A DNA stretch of 64,000 nt from an uncultured virus (IMG/VR IMGVR_UViG_3300036770_002758) (Duplodnaviria; Heunggongvirae; Uroviricota; Caudoviricetes), in the IMG/VR virus record IMGVR_UViG_3300036770_002758, one strand, 5' to 3'. Both the position numbers and the translations under genes were made by a program. Of the stretch, positions 53,786 to 64,000 are shown one piece after another; the first letter of the stretch is position 1; every line of letters starts with the position of its first letter. The notes under the pieces were generated by a model that saw only the letters and a list, made by a program, of their open reading frames with translations, had not been told where the DNA came from and did no database searches.

Positions 53786-56530
53786 TTACGGTTTTGGAGT
53801 CCTTTCTGCCGTTTCGGCACCTTGAGTAGCCAAAGATGCTTTACTAAGAACCGAAGCAGCCATCACTTCGGACACACGTTTAGCCGCCTCATTGATGTCT
53901 ATCTTGTTCTCCCGTTGCAGCCTTGCAGTATCAGCAATACGCTTCAGGCCTTCAGGATTCAATAGCAAGTCCATCATCTCCTGATCTCTGCGGCCTGCTG
54001 TGCGCATAGTGAACCAACGAGAGAAAAGGATAGATGCCTTATGTGCACCGCTGGATATACGGTCACGCATAAGAGAACCAAGTTGTGGTGCAGATGTGCC
54101 AGTGCTTTTTGCTAAGGCATCGGCCTCTTTGAACGAAGTGGCAAAAGCCATCTTGTCCGGATCAATCCTTCTAAGCATGTCGTTGGCGTAAGACAGGGCC
54201 TGAAGGGACTCAGTGTAAGTACTACCAAACCATTCATTAAACAAGGTAGCATTCTGGTTAATGAAGTCCCTAGCCGAAGGAGTGCTGAAAGCCTTATTGA
54301 TAAGAGCAGACCGGATACCTTGTCGAACCGTCCTGGCACTTTCAGGATCAAGATTACGGACAGTTCTGGAGTATTGATCCAGTTTCATCGGACTAGAAAT
54401 CATGTCATTGATGGCACTATTAACCCCACGCTCATGAACAGCCCTGAGAATGTTGTTTGCTTGGTCCTCTGCGTACTGATTGTACTGAGAATCTAAACGT
54501 GACTTCACAGCATCCATTCTGGCTACTGTGCCTCCAATGTTGCTCAGTTCGGCACGCAGCCCAGGAACAGTGTCCAACAGTGTCTTGTTTTCAGCAAGGA
54601 ACTTGGCATAGTTGGCAGGCTTGAAATTGCCTTCAGTGTCAAAGGCAGTACGGCGAAGACGCATCAAGATTGCATCCTTGACGACAGGAATACCCTGATC
54701 GCCAACAAAACTAAGGAAGTCACGCGCCCGTTCTGGCTTTGCCAGATAGTTTCCTACAGTCTCAGTAAACTTCAGGGAGTCCAACTGGCTAAGACCAGCA
54801 GCATCGAAAGGGATGCCCAGCTTTTGATAGAATGACCTGTCAGTGGCACGGTAGGCGTCACCAAAGCCAGGCATCTTGTCTATCTCGGCTGTGAGTGCCT
54901 CTTTCATCTGACGAAGCAGAGGGTAACTTGTTTGTCCGTATGAGTTTCTAAGCGCCTTGTTGAGTTCTTGTTTGAGGCTGTCCAATTGCTCCAACGAAAG
55001 ATCACGGAACTGTGTAGTCTCTGGTGTACGCACAGGACCAGTGCGGCCACCAAGCATAGCCCCTAAAGACGGCATGGCCTCAGTGGCAGGGACAACCTGT
55101 GGCCTAAGAAGCTGGTTTACTTTGCCTACCAGACTGGGGAACGGGGTGAACAGTTGAGCATCCAAGGCACCACTGACAAGATTCCACAGATTCCCAACAC
55201 TGTCTTTAGGGAATACCATCCCTTGTGCAGTATAGTCCTTGATGAGTTTTTCATATTGGATATTCATCTCTTGCTTAACTGCGGCTTCCTTGGCATCAAT
55301 AAGCCTACGGGCAGCAGTACCTACCTGAATAGGCTCTGCCTCAGTACGGGCAGCAGTAAGCACACGGTCAATACCTTGGTCAATCTGATCTCTGCGGCGA
55401 ACAGCATTATCCAGATTGATGCCATAGTTGTCCCTAGCGTTTACCAAGTTCCTTCTGATTTCGTCAGGGTCAGTAGTGCCAAAAAGTCTATCCCTCCTCA
55501 GAAGGATAGCATTGCCTACGTCCTTCAAATTGGCCTCTACACCTGCCCTAAACTTGGGAGATTCTTTCAGCAAAGTCTCCATGTTCTTACGCACAATGGC
55601 ATTGTCGTAAAGGGCAATACCAGGCGCTACTTCAAAGTTAGGGATCAACTCTGACATGACACGCAGGGTGTTAATGTGTTGGTCAATGTTAGGCTCAGTC
55701 GTGACAATATCGTCAATGACTGTTTTCATATTGGACGTTACAAGGAAATCAGAAGCCTTGTCGAGACTGTCTTGAATGCCCTTTTGCTGACGAACAACAT
55801 TACGGGCCTGAGCAACAGATTCAAGACCACCACCTACCAAGCCAGCAGATGTGCCAGAGATAAGACCTGCAACGGTGCCTCCTATTTGTCCCCATGTCTG
55901 CTGCCATTCAGGGGACGCACCAAGCGCTTCAGCAGTGGCTGACAGCGCATCATAGCCGACAGCACCGCCCATAGCTGCCGTGCCTGACCCAGCTAAGTTA
56001 AGGCCAACACCAAGAACACCACGGCCCCCTAATACGGACATAACTGGATCAGCAGCAATGCTACCTAAAGCAATACCCCCGTAACGCTGTAAGTTGTTTT
56101 CAGGCATTCTGTTTCCGCTACCAAACCAGGTAGCAGCTTTGTCCTGTATTGCCTGCCTGCGTAATGCCTCATACTCAGCATCAGCCTGTCTGACTTCTTC
56201 AGGGGTTACACCAGATCGGATAACGTCAGTAGGGGCGTCAATGCCAAACACCTCATCGGCTACTGTCTGATTGGCATTAGACAAGGCTCTATAGATAAAA
56301 TCAGTAAAGTTAGTTTTTGCTGTATCAGCCCAGAAGTTAGTATTGGCCGGATCGGCAGCAGTGGTCAACGGGCTTGTTTGAGTAGCTGTTCCCATTGATT
56401 TGTAAGCAGCCGACAACTTTACGGCTTCAGATTGCAATCTGGTCCTTTCGCTGTCCGAGATAGTCGGATCGGCTTTTTTGGCCTCAATAGCTCTGAGAGC
56501 CGATTCTATTTGTTCTTTTGTGACAGCCAT
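53786..56530 (-). CDS. large internal virion/ejection protein (phage B)
   Basis: 914 aa, helical with a Gly-rich hydrophobic segment; last gene of the structural arm. Confidence 0.75.
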   Translation of the reverse strand: MAVTKEQIESALRAIEAKKADPTISDSERTRLQSEAVKLSAAYKSMGTATQTSPLTTAADPANTNFWADTAKTNFTDFIYRALSNANQTVADEVFGIDAPTDVIRSGVTPEEVRQADAEYEALRRQAIQDKAATWFGSGNRMPENNLQRYGGIALGSIAADPVMSVLGGRGVLGVGLNLAGSGTAAMGGAVGYDALSATAEALGASPEWQQTWGQIGGTVAGLISGTSAGLVGGGLESVAQARNVVRQQKGIQDSLDKASDFLVTSNMKTVIDDIVTTEPNIDQHINTLRVMSELIPNFEVAPGIALYDNAIVRKNMETLLKESPKFRAGVEANLKDVGNAILLRRDRLFGTTDPDEIRRNLVNARDNYGINLDNAVRRRDQIDQGIDRVLTAARTEAEPIQVGTAARRLIDAKEAAVKQEMNIQYEKLIKDYTAQGMVFPKDSVGNLWNLVSGALDAQLFTPFPSLVGKVNQLLRPQVVPATEAMPSLGAMLGGRTGPVRTPETTQFRDLSLEQLDSLKQELNKALRNSYGQTSYPLLRQMKEALTAEIDKMPGFGDAYRATDRSFYQKLGIPFDAAGLSQLDSLKFTETVGNYLAKPERARDFLSFVGDQGIPVVKDAILMRLRRTAFDTEGNFKPANYAKFLAENKTLLDTVPGLRAELSNIGGTVARMDAVKSRLDSQYNQYAEDQANNILRAVHERGVNSAINDMISSPMKLDQYSRTVRNLDPESARTVRQGIRSALINKAFSTPSARDFINQNATLFNEWFGSTYTESLQALSYANDMLRRIDPDKMAFATSFKEADALAKSTGTSAPQLGSLMRDRISSGAHKASILFSRWFTMRTAGRRDQEMMDLLLNPEGLKRIADTARLQRENKIDINEAAKRVSEVMAASVLSKASLATQGAETAERTPKP

Positions 56531-57807
56531 TATTGGCCTCCCAGATTCCTATTCACGATGTCTTCAATTTCGTTAGAGAACGGGCTTAGTTGATTAGCTT
56601 CCCAACTATTAAGAATGTTCTCATCAATGACCCCGTTATACGAATTACGGACACGAGACACTTCTTGGACACGCTGTTGAGTCAATGCTACATCCAACAG
56701 ATTGATAAGCTCTTTGATGTTTTCCTTGGTTTCCTTTGTGGCAGTACCGCCTGATATTGTGGTAAGCCAGTCACCAATGTCTTCAGTGATACCTTTACGT
56801 GACCTGAAGTTATCAATTTCGGACTGTGCTCTGGAGTTATTACGGTACAGGGCCGGGATGGCTCCACTGATAATTGTAAATGCTTGCGGGTTGGACTCTT
56901 CCAGCAAAGGCAACGTAGCTTGTACTCGGCTCAACGAAGCAAGGTCATTTTCTGTGTTAGCAAAAGACGGAATGTTGTTAAGGTCTTTATTCAGAATTGA
57001 AATGGCTTCAGTAGGAGTAGTGTCCCTGTTGTTCAAGCGAATCATTGACTGAGTGTAGTCATTCAAACGTGCTTGATGATCAGGAGTTCCTTTTGGAATA
57101 CCGGCCTCTTCTAGCATCAACGAGTAGTTACTGTTCCTTTCTGATCCAGTTCCAAGGGTTTTCCATTCTTGAAATGTTCCAGTAAAACCCTGCTCGACAG
57201 CAAGGTTGTATTCCTGAATAGAAGCAGTGGGTGTCGGCTTAGGCTCAACCTTGTCAAACTGGTTAATAGCCGCCTGTGCCCGTGCTGCTGCCTGTGTGGT
57301 CGTAAGCGCGCCAGAAGCCACAGCGTTCATAAGGCCGGTGATGACCTGCTTGGCCTGCGGAGTCTTAGCAGCAGCCATATAGGACTCAAGACTGGCAACT
57401 CCCGTTGCTGTCTGAAGCTGCTGCTGCAGTGTGGCTTGTCTATTTGCTTCTTCCTGCTTTGCCAACTCCTGTGCCTGCAAAGTAAACTGCAATGCCAGCG
57501 GCCTGTTGCCCGTAGCCATTGCGTTCTTTGCAGCCTGAGTCAAACCTGCCGAAGTGGTCAGATCAGCCTTACGCAGCGACTCGGCCATAGCTTCCTGTGC
57601 AGTCATACCGATACCGCCACGGCCACCAATGGCCTGACGGAACATACCGCCCACATTGGCCCCAATACTGGGAGCCTGCATTGCCATCACAGCGGCCATC
57701 GGATTAGGACTGTTGATAGCTGCCATCACCGCTGAGGGATCAGGGCCTTGCTGCTGTTGTGGTTGAAGAAGACTGCTCAACAGTCCCTGCATGAGTTCAT
57801 TAGCCAT
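56530..57807 (-). CDS. internal virion/ejection protein
   Basis: Gln/Ala-rich; TASIQEYNLAVEQGFTGTFQEW motif. Confidence 0.75.
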   Translation of the reverse strand: MANELMQGLLSSLLQPQQQQGPDPSAVMAAINSPNPMAAVMAMQAPSIGANVGGMFRQAIGGRGGIGMTAQEAMAESLRKADLTTSAGLTQAAKNAMATGNRPLALQFTLQAQELAKQEEANRQATLQQQLQTATGVASLESYMAAAKTPQAKQVITGLMNAVASGALTTTQAAARAQAAINQFDKVEPKPTPTASIQEYNLAVEQGFTGTFQEWKTLGTGSERNSNYSLMLEEAGIPKGTPDHQARLNDYTQSMIRLNNRDTTPTEAISILNKDLNNIPSFANTENDLASLSRVQATLPLLEESNPQAFTIISGAIPALYRNNSRAQSEIDNFRSRKGITEDIGDWLTTISGGTATKETKENIKELINLLDVALTQQRVQEVSRVRNSYNGVIDENILNSWEANQLSPFSNEIEDIVNRNLGGQ

Positions 57808-57818
57808 TGTGTTACCTC

Positions 57819-58694
57819 TTAACGGAAGATGCCAGCAATGCCACCAAGAAGACCTTGGAGGATGCTGTTGCCCGACTGAACTTCGCCATTGACAACATTA
57901 TAAGTCGGATTAAGCAGTCCTTGTAGTGCCTGTTGCAGGTAGATTTGACGCAGTGCATTGGCCTGCTGTTCAGACTGCATACGGGCCTCTGCGCCTGCCA
58001 ACTGAAGATTGGTACCTGTAGTAGTGCTCTGTTGCTGGAGAAGACGCTGAATATCAGCAAAGGGCGTAGCGCCTCCCAGCTCCTGAATTTGCATCTGACC
58101 AGGCAGGAAGGACTGGCCCAACATACCAGCACCGAGAGTATACGCCTGCATTTGTTCAGTCAGTGCTTGATTGCGTCCAGTTAATACATTGTTCAGACGC
58201 TGTTCTTCAATGGCCTTGTTGAGGGCCAGTTGCTCAGGTGTGCCTCCAAACATCGAAGTCCTGACGCCTAGACGGCCCTGACCAAGCAGACGCTCTTCAA
58301 GGGCCAGACGCTCCCTTTCACGGCTAGGTGCCGCTGCGGCCTCAAGGGCTGCTGTGGTCTCAAGAGCACGGGCATCAATGGGCTGTCCAGCCTGACCAAA
58401 CATGCCAGTGGCCGATCCGGTTAATTGGGAGACAAGGCCCTGTAATTCCGGAGACAGGGTGCTCGTTGCCCCAGTGCCAGTGACATTGGTCGTACCTGTA
58501 CCAGTTGTGACCGTATAAGGCTTAAACTGTAACTGAGACTGGACCGTATTGGCTATGTTGCCAAGATTTGTCTGGACATCACGACCAGCAGCACGGGCTT
58601 CATTAAGGCCATAGTTGGCAAGAGCCACTTGGGCACCTGTTCCCAGCAGTCCGCTAAGGGTATTACCGCCAAGAATATCTGCAAGAGTTGGCAT
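57819..58694 (-). CDS. internal virion/ejection protein
   Basis: F.PYTVTT.TG...RERERLALEERLLGQGRLG motif; Gln/Gly-rich. Confidence 0.75.
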   Translation of the reverse strand: MPTLADILGGNTLSGLLGTGAQVALANYGLNEARAAGRDVQTNLGNIANTVQSQLQFKPYTVTTGTGTTNVTGTGATSTLSPELQGLVSQLTGSATGMFGQAGQPIDARALETTAALEAAAAPSRERERLALEERLLGQGRLGVRTSMFGGTPEQLALNKAIEEQRLNNVLTGRNQALTEQMQAYTLGAGMLGQSFLPGQMQIQELGGATPFADIQRLLQQQSTTTGTNLQLAGAEARMQSEQQANALRQIYLQQALQGLLNPTYNVVNGEVQSGNSILQGLLGGIAGIFR

Positions 58695-60214
58695 TAGATC
58701 AGTCTCCCGAGTAGAGCAAGTACGTCAATCTGCTGAATGGACAAGGATGCTCCGTTGATTGTTGAGGTTAAGCCAATGGTCACGACATATCCTGAGCCAC
58801 CGGCATTGATAGAGGGACGAGTAATCGGAACACCAACAGAGAATTCTCCCTCATTGAATTCACCTACATTAAACTCAGTGATCTCTCCTCCCTGAAGTGT
58901 ATAGGGAGCTATTCTGTTGTTCTTTTGGTAGTCATAAGCCCACTGTATATAAGCAACTTCACTGCCGCCTCCAATTACTGTGAAGGCCAGTTTCTTTAGA
59001 AACTTCAGAGTAGTAGCATTGCCGAAAGACAACGGGTTGGTAAAGTATTCAAACTGATAAGTGCTGGTATTGTCTTTGTAGCCCTCATAGCGGCTAATCC
59101 CATCAGGATGACCCATCAGAAGATCACCATTTCGGGCTATGTGGAAAGACAAGGGCTTGATAGAGTTCCACACAGTAACACGGTTGCTTCCATCTTCCAA
59201 TACACCACGCATGTCAAAGCAGTACACAATATCAAGGCTTGGTAAACTAAGCAGGTAGAAAGCATCTTCAGGACTGTAGATGCTCTTGATGTTCCCTGTT
59301 TCTACAGCAGCAAATGCAGTAAGGTCATTTCGGACATTCTTGCTAATATCCCGCATCGGAGAGGATTTCTCCTGGATGACCCTGCCAAGGCTCATTACGC
59401 CATTCTCAGACAGGAACAGAATGTCCGTACCTGTGTTCTGCACGCTGTCACGGGCAATGCAGCCTACGCCCTCGATGGCATCAAACAGTTCCATACTGGC
59501 TGGAGTGTCAGCACCTTGGTACAGCAGAATGCTCCTACGGCCAAAGATGACCAAGAAGTTATTGTGCTGTGCAAGGGCCACAATCTCATCATTGCCACGG
59601 GGCCATACAAGGTCTATGTCAATTGAACCTGTAGCTCCACCAGACCATGCTGAACCATCCAAAGTATCTGACCAGTAGACCGTGTGCTTGTCGTCTTCAA
59701 AGTCAGCTACAAACAGTTTACCAAAGGCTGCAAGAGCCTCATTGGCTTCAGGAGGAGTACCAGAAGCATGTGCATGAGCCGACATGGCCTGAAGTGAATT
59801 GTCGTGCTCAGAGTACACCAAAGGTTCATAGCCACGCTGAAAGAAGTACACATGCTCTGCAAGCTCTACAATCTTCCAGTTGTCATCCGTGATGGTGTAG
59901 CTGCCGGGAGTCACATCGGTCAGTGTGGTTGTACCAGTGAACACCTTGTTATTGCCAGCACTGAATACAAGCTGTGTCCCATCGGCCTTCTTGGTGTATT
60001 CATAGATGGCATAAATGCCTTGGCTAGACAGGCCAGTAGATGTTGTGGTTACGTACTTGTATCCTTTACGGGCACCTACACGACCATACTGGTCAATCAC
60101 ACAATTGGCAGCTACGGAAGCAAACTGAGGAGTCTGCTCAACGGGACTGTCCTGTGTGTTGAGACCGTAGAAACCCGGAGCAGCAATGGTGATATTTTGT
60201 AGCTGCTGGGCCAT
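58694..60214 (-). CDS. tail tube/nozzle (DNA stabilisation) protein
   Basis: MAQQLQ...APGFYGLNTQDSP...NCVIDQYGRVGARKG...VGCIARDSVQNTGTD; TAATG overlap at the start. Confidence 0.85.
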   Translation of the reverse strand: MAQQLQNITIAAPGFYGLNTQDSPVEQTPQFASVAANCVIDQYGRVGARKGYKYVTTTSTGLSSQGIYAIYEYTKKADGTQLVFSAGNNKVFTGTTTLTDVTPGSYTITDDNWKIVELAEHVYFFQRGYEPLVYSEHDNSLQAMSAHAHASGTPPEANEALAAFGKLFVADFEDDKHTVYWSDTLDGSAWSGGATGSIDIDLVWPRGNDEIVALAQHNNFLVIFGRRSILLYQGADTPASMELFDAIEGVGCIARDSVQNTGTDILFLSENGVMSLGRVIQEKSSPMRDISKNVRNDLTAFAAVETGNIKSIYSPEDAFYLLSLPSLDIVYCFDMRGVLEDGSNRVTVWNSIKPLSFHIARNGDLLMGHPDGISRYEGYKDNTSTYQFEYFTNPLSFGNATTLKFLKKLAFTVIGGGSEVAYIQWAYDYQKNNRIAPYTLQGGEITEFNVGEFNEGEFSVGVPITRPSINAGGSGYVVTIGLTSTINGASLSIQQIDVLALLGRLI

Positions 60215-60864
60215 TACACCTGTCTCCAAGTCAACTCAGCCTGATAACGACTGGCTTCGAGGCCAATGGCATCTGCCAGTGCCCTATCGGCAAGACTGAA
60301 TATCTCCTGAGCAGCCATGCCACCAGTCTCGCCACGCTCACGGGTAGCCATTGCCCATGCGTACAGGACAATAGGCTGAATGGGCAGGATGGTCGTATCG
60401 GAAGCATTCTCCAGTTCGTCTTCACGCACCACCAGATCAAACTGGAGTGTGTAGGAGCCGTCAGGGACAGGGTAGACCGTGATGGCCTGATCGCCATTGC
60501 TGTCAATCACACCAAGGCTGAACTCATAGGGACTACCCTGTGCTGCACTGTTAAGCACAGATCGGGTGTTCATCTCGTTCTGAGTAATCAGCTTCATCCT
60601 GGTACGGCTAGTGGCATTGATGGCATCAAGGAACTTGTAGTTATGTCCTACGCCAGTCAGGGTCCACGTAGCGTCACCAACAGTGGCCGATACGGTCTTT
60701 GTGGTACGCAGGTTTGACCAGTCCCATGAATCTTCAACGAGCTTCTTGGCATCGTTAACCATCATGCCCACAAGCTGCACATATTCGCTGTCGATAGGCG
60801 TCAAAGCCTCTGTCTCACGAAGCCTGATAAGGACTTTGTTGATAAGGTTAAGATAGGTAGCCAT
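60214..60864 (-). CDS. head-tail adaptor / tail tubular protein A
   Basis: TYLNLINKVLIRLRE...VNDAK..VE..WDW..LR...A..ERGE.GG. Confidence 0.85.
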   Translation of the reverse strand: MATYLNLINKVLIRLRETEALTPIDSEYVQLVGMMVNDAKKLVEDSWDWSNLRTTKTVSATVGDATWTLTGVGHNYKFLDAINATSRTRMKLITQNEMNTRSVLNSAAQGSPYEFSLGVIDSNGDQAITVYPVPDGSYTLQFDLVVREDELENASDTTILPIQPIVLYAWAMATRERGETGGMAAQEIFSLADRALADAIGLEASRYQAELTWRQV

Positions 60865-62945
60865 TAGCTAAACATGCCTCTCGGAATATAAGACAGCCGA
60901 TCATTTATTATCGTAAAGTCCTTTCTGAGTCTAAACAGCTCAGGAAAGAGCAATTCCGATGTTGAAGGAGAGCCAAATAGCATTCCATCACGGCCTGCTC
61001 TACCTCTTTCTCCTTGAAGTCCTTGTGGTCCTTGTGCTCCAGTAGCGCCAGTGGCTCCTGTAGCACCAGTTTCGCCACGTTCACCACGTTCGCCTTGTGC
61101 GCCAGTAGCCCCAGTCGCACCAACGAAACCTCTTTCACCTTGTATACCCTGTGGACCTGCTGGTCCCATAGGGCCTACTGGTCCCATAGGGCCTACTGCG
61201 CCAGTTTCGCCACGTTCACCACGTTCGCCTTGTGCCCCAGTAGCCCCAGTTTCGCCACGTTCACCACGTTCGCCTTGTGCGCCAGTAGCCCCAGTAGCCC
61301 CAGTGGCTCCAGTAGCCCCAGTGGCTCCAGTGGCTCCATCTCGGCCATCAATGCCATCTCGGCCATCAATGCCATCGCGGCCACTAGCTCCAGTAGCGCC
61401 CGTAGCACCATCTCGGCCATCAATGCCATCTCGGCCATCAATGCCGTTGGTTCCATTGGTTCCATTGGTTCCGTTGGTTCCATTGGTTCCGTTGGTTCCG
61501 TTGGTTCCGTTGGTTCCGTTGGTTCCGTTGGTTCCGTTGGTTCCATTGGTTCCGTTGGTTCCATTGGTTCCGTTGGTTCCATTGGTTCCGTTGGTTCCGT
61601 TGGTTCCGTTGGTTCCATTGGTTCCGTTGGTTCCATTGGTTCCGTTGGTTCCGTTGGTTCCATTGGTTCCGTTGGTTCCATTGGTTCCGTTGGTTCCATT
61701 GGTTCCGTTGGTTACAGTAGTATTGGTGTTTTGTGCGTTTCTAAGACTTTCTTCTACTTCGCGTACCAAGTTAATAGGAGCACCAGCGTCAGCAGCGGCT
61801 TGATCTTTTTGTTCTTGCGTAGCATTAGGAAAACGAATTAGCCACTCTCGAATAATTGTACGCCAATCATCATCTGTAGTAACAGGTCTTTGTGTTGTGG
61901 TTTGCGTTGTTTCAGTAGTCTGAGTAGTGCCACTAGGTATGCCTTTATCAGAACCAAGAACACTAATTTGCTGACCTTCTTGATACGTATTGTTAGTTGC
62001 ATTTTCATACTCTTCAATCAAAGCAGGGTTGGTGTTTTGTGCAGTCCATATAACTGCACCAGACACAGGATTTTTACCTTGATGCCTCCATACAATTCCT
62101 TGGTCATCTGTCACCAAATCTCCAAGTTTGTAAGTATCAGTAACACCTCCTGATCCCATGTCTCCTGCATCCAATCCACCACCAGTATTGAGGTCAGAAT
62201 CGCCTCCAAGAAGATCAGAATCAGGCTCAAGAGAAGCAGGAAAACGAGCAGCAACAGTCTCTTCAACAATGTCGTCAGGAACACCAAATTGTGCTGCTAC
62301 CTGACGCATCTCTTCCTCAGTAGCATCAGGATTGTTTCTTATCCATACATTGATGGGAATGGTCCAGTCTCTAGGTTTCCATGTTTCTTGTGTTACAGTT
62401 TCATTAACATCGCCGCCTGTAGCCCCCCCACCATTAGGCGCTCCACCACCAGCAGCACTAGGACTACCGCCACCGCCGCCCACTGCAGGCTTAGGTACAG
62501 GGACCAGCGGAGGAGTCACAAGGATAGGTGTGTTACCGCTAAGAACATAGTAGCCATAGTCATTAGGATCGTTGGTATTACGGTAGTAGCCCATATCGTC
62601 CTGTACATACCCAGGAGAAGAAGGGGCCTCTACAGCACTACGCTCACGGCTGGAACCGTCAGGCATCGTAGGATTGTTCCTGAGCCACTCATCCAGAAGA
62701 GCATCGGCCTGTTCCTGAGTACCCCACGGCACATCACGCATAAAACCACCAAGAGTCTTACCAAGAATACTGGTAAACAGACCCATACCAATACCAGAGG
62801 CAATGTTGCCTAAAGTGCCTCCAAACAAACCAGCCTCTGCACCACCAGTAGGGATAACAATAGGACTGGTAGCCATACCGCCAGCACTGGTCAGTAGCGG
62901 ATTACCAGTAACGGGATCGGTGAGGATTTGTGTTCCGTATGACAT
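60864..62945 (-). CDS. virion protein with a (TNG)30 tract and collagen-like triple helix
   Basis: 693 aa; 30 TNG repeats run in frame into [18 protein letters not shown] triplets. Confidence 0.8.
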   Translation of the reverse strand: MSYGTQILTDPVTGNPLLTSAGGMATSPIVIPTGGAEAGLFGGTLGNIASGIGMGLFTSILGKTLGGFMRDVPWGTQEQADALLDEWLRNNPTMPDGSSRERSAVEAPSSPGYVQDDMGYYRNTNDPNDYGYYVLSGNTPILVTPPLVPVPKPAVGGGGGSPSAAGGGAPNGGGATGGDVNETVTQETWKPRDWTIPINVWIRNNPDATEEEMRQVAAQFGVPDDIVEETVAARFPASLEPDSDLLGGDSDLNTGGGLDAGDMGSGGVTDTYKLGDLVTDDQGIVWRHQGKNPVSGAVIWTAQNTNPALIEEYENATNNTYQEGQQISVLGSDKGIPSGTTQTTETTQTTTQRPVTTDDDWRTIIREWLIRFPNATQEQKDQAAADAGAPINLVREVEESLRNAQNTNTTVTNGTNGTNGTNGTNGTNGTNGTNGTNGTNGTNGTNGTNGTNGTNGTNGTNGTNGTNGTNGTNGTNGTNGTNGTNGTNGTNGTNGTNGTNGIDGRDGIDGRDGATGATGASGRDGIDGRDGIDGRDGATGATGATGATGATGATGAQGERGERGETGATGAQGERGERGETGAVGPMGPVGPMGPAGPQGIQGERGFVGATGATGAQGERGERGETGATGATGATGAQGPQGLQGERGRAGRDGMLFGSPSTSELLFPELFRLRKDFTIINDRLSYIPRGMFS
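61444..61713. repeat. 9-bp tandem repeat CC(G/A)TTGGTT x30
   Basis: 270 bp; only the Asn codon wobble varies. Confidence 0.92.
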
Positions 62946-63163
62946 TAGCGGTTCTCACACAGATTGGCAATAAGCTCAGGGGTCAATTCGGTCCCTTCAG
63001 GCACTTTGACACCACGGCCATTGGCCCTGCTGTCCGTAAAGTAACCATCTACTTCTACGTCAACACAGCCAGCATCAAGGCCAGTCAGGACAGTATCGAC
63101 AGTAGAGCAACCAGAACAACCTACAAGGGCAAAGATACCTACAAACACAATAATCTTGTTCAT
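62945..63163 (-). CDS. small lipoprotein (possible o-spanin)
   Basis: [16 protein letters not shown] signal peptide and lipobox; ATGA overlap with the upstream gene. Confidence 0.65.
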   Translation of the reverse strand: MNKIIVFVGIFALVGCSGCSTVDTVLTGLDAGCVDVEVDGYFTDSRANGRGVKVPEGTELTPELIANLCENR

Positions 63164-63534
63164 TTGAACCATCCTGTAATTGTCTGATACACACGCACAG
63201 CACGGTACATAACACGGCGCTGTGACCATCTAACGCCAAGGACTTCCATTGCTTCCAGAAAGACCCTATCGGCATCTGCCTGTGAAATACCTAGTTCCTT
63301 ACCGTAGACACAGAGGAAGTCATGGACCACTGCGGCTGCTCTGTGCTTACCATTGACCTGACAGAAACTATGGAACACCCAAGGTATGCTGGCAAAGTCA
63401 GTAGAAAAACCAGGAGGAACTACAAGCTCTTTCTGCAAGAAAGCACTGAAGTACACAAGAGGCCGAACAAGAGTAAACACTGCCTTCTGGTCAGCTACTT
63501 CAACAATCAACTTTGTCTTAAACTCACTTACCAT
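63160..63534 (-). CDS. DUF1353-family protein
   Basis: VPPGFSTDFASIP......AAVVHDFL......ADRVFLEAM..LGV......MYRAVR. Confidence 0.85.
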   Translation of the reverse strand: MVSEFKTKLIVEVADQKAVFTLVRPLVYFSAFLQKELVVPPGFSTDFASIPWVFHSFCQVNGKHRAAAVVHDFLCVYGKELGISQADADRVFLEAMEVLGVRWSQRRVMYRAVRVYQTITGWFK

Positions 63535-63959
63535 AGCTTCTTTACCCTGATCTTTCCACCACAGTAGATGTTACGGGCTGCTGCTATCTCTGCTGCTTCC
63601 TTGGCAGAGGCACCTGCATCCATTGCGCCCCATGCCAAGTCCCTACCTGAACCCATTGCGAACGAGAACTGTTTGTCCAGTAGTCCTATTGTTGGTGCTC
63701 GTCTACGTTCCTTGATGGCCCACCAAAGGTCTTCACCATCCCACACCAATGCCTCTACGTCAGCATTGTCCTCTACGTTCTTTTGTGGATCAAAGACCCA
63801 TGCTGCCAGTTCATCCTCTACATCTGCCTCACCAGCAAACCAAAAGGTATAGCCATTGATGATCCTGCTCTTGTTCTTGTTGGTGTACATTACTGTACTG
63901 CCAGATGTCGATCTTGAGTCAGATGCTACAATGCCGTCCTTATAGGCTATGATGGTCAT
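63528..63959 (-). CDS. HslV/proteasome-beta-like Ntn hydrolase
   Basis: N-terminal Thr (MTIIAY...ASDSR), FAG, AMGSG...A.GAMDAGASA.EA..IA......GG. Confidence 0.8.
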   Translation of the reverse strand: MTIIAYKDGIVASDSRSTSGSTVMYTNKNKSRIINGYTFWFAGEADVEDELAAWVFDPQKNVEDNADVEALVWDGEDLWWAIKERRRAPTIGLLDKQFSFAMGSGRDLAWGAMDAGASAKEAAEIAAARNIYCGGKIRVKKLW

Positions 63960-64000
63960 AGATCACCACTTCAAATGTTTTGTTTCACGCGATATACGAG

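Noticed and set aside
61014..61841. Alternative-frame repeat ORFs (GSV/GSI, PLV, EPT/EPM)
   Set aside because: The 9-bp repeat has no stops in several frames; only the TNG frame is continuous with the 693-aa gene.

Overview
The window is entirely bacteriophage DNA and looks like two different podovirus-type genomes joined together. Phage A (about 1-34,750, GC-rich) carries a Leu762-type family A DNA polymerase and two excisionase-like HTH genes on the + strand. Its minus-strand virion operon contains portal, scaffold, N4-gp56-type major capsid, adaptor/tail, fibres, lysis and ejection genes. That operon ends in a 2,999-aa 'polyvalent' ejection protein with a HExxH zincin, a degenerate ART-like domain, a GP88-like Cys-cluster (radical-SAM-like) domain, three ART-PolyVal-like ADP-ribosyltransferase modules and an LPD38-like C-terminus. 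The three ART modules are bounded exactly by four copies of an FSRAQ motif encoded by a near-identical 16-bp DNA repeat. Phage B (about 34,750-64,000, lower GC) resembles Zobellviridae (SIO1/VpV262-like). It has a T7-like replisome without RNA polymerase (primase-helicase, Tyr762-type PolA, SSB, exonuclease, endonuclease) and a Mom-like DNA-modification gene. It also has divergent sigma70 promoters around a ~1 kb non-coding region with palindromic operators, an IHF-like site and a structured ~300-nt leader, then a bidirectional terminator and a second complete set of portal, terminase, tail and ejection genes. A 1,147-aa virion gene is translationally coupled to phage B genes upstream and phage A genes downstream, so it is the likely chimera or recombination joint. 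I saw no tRNA, rRNA, CRISPR array, integrase or reverse transcriptase. All family assignments come from motif recognition by eye, not from database searches.
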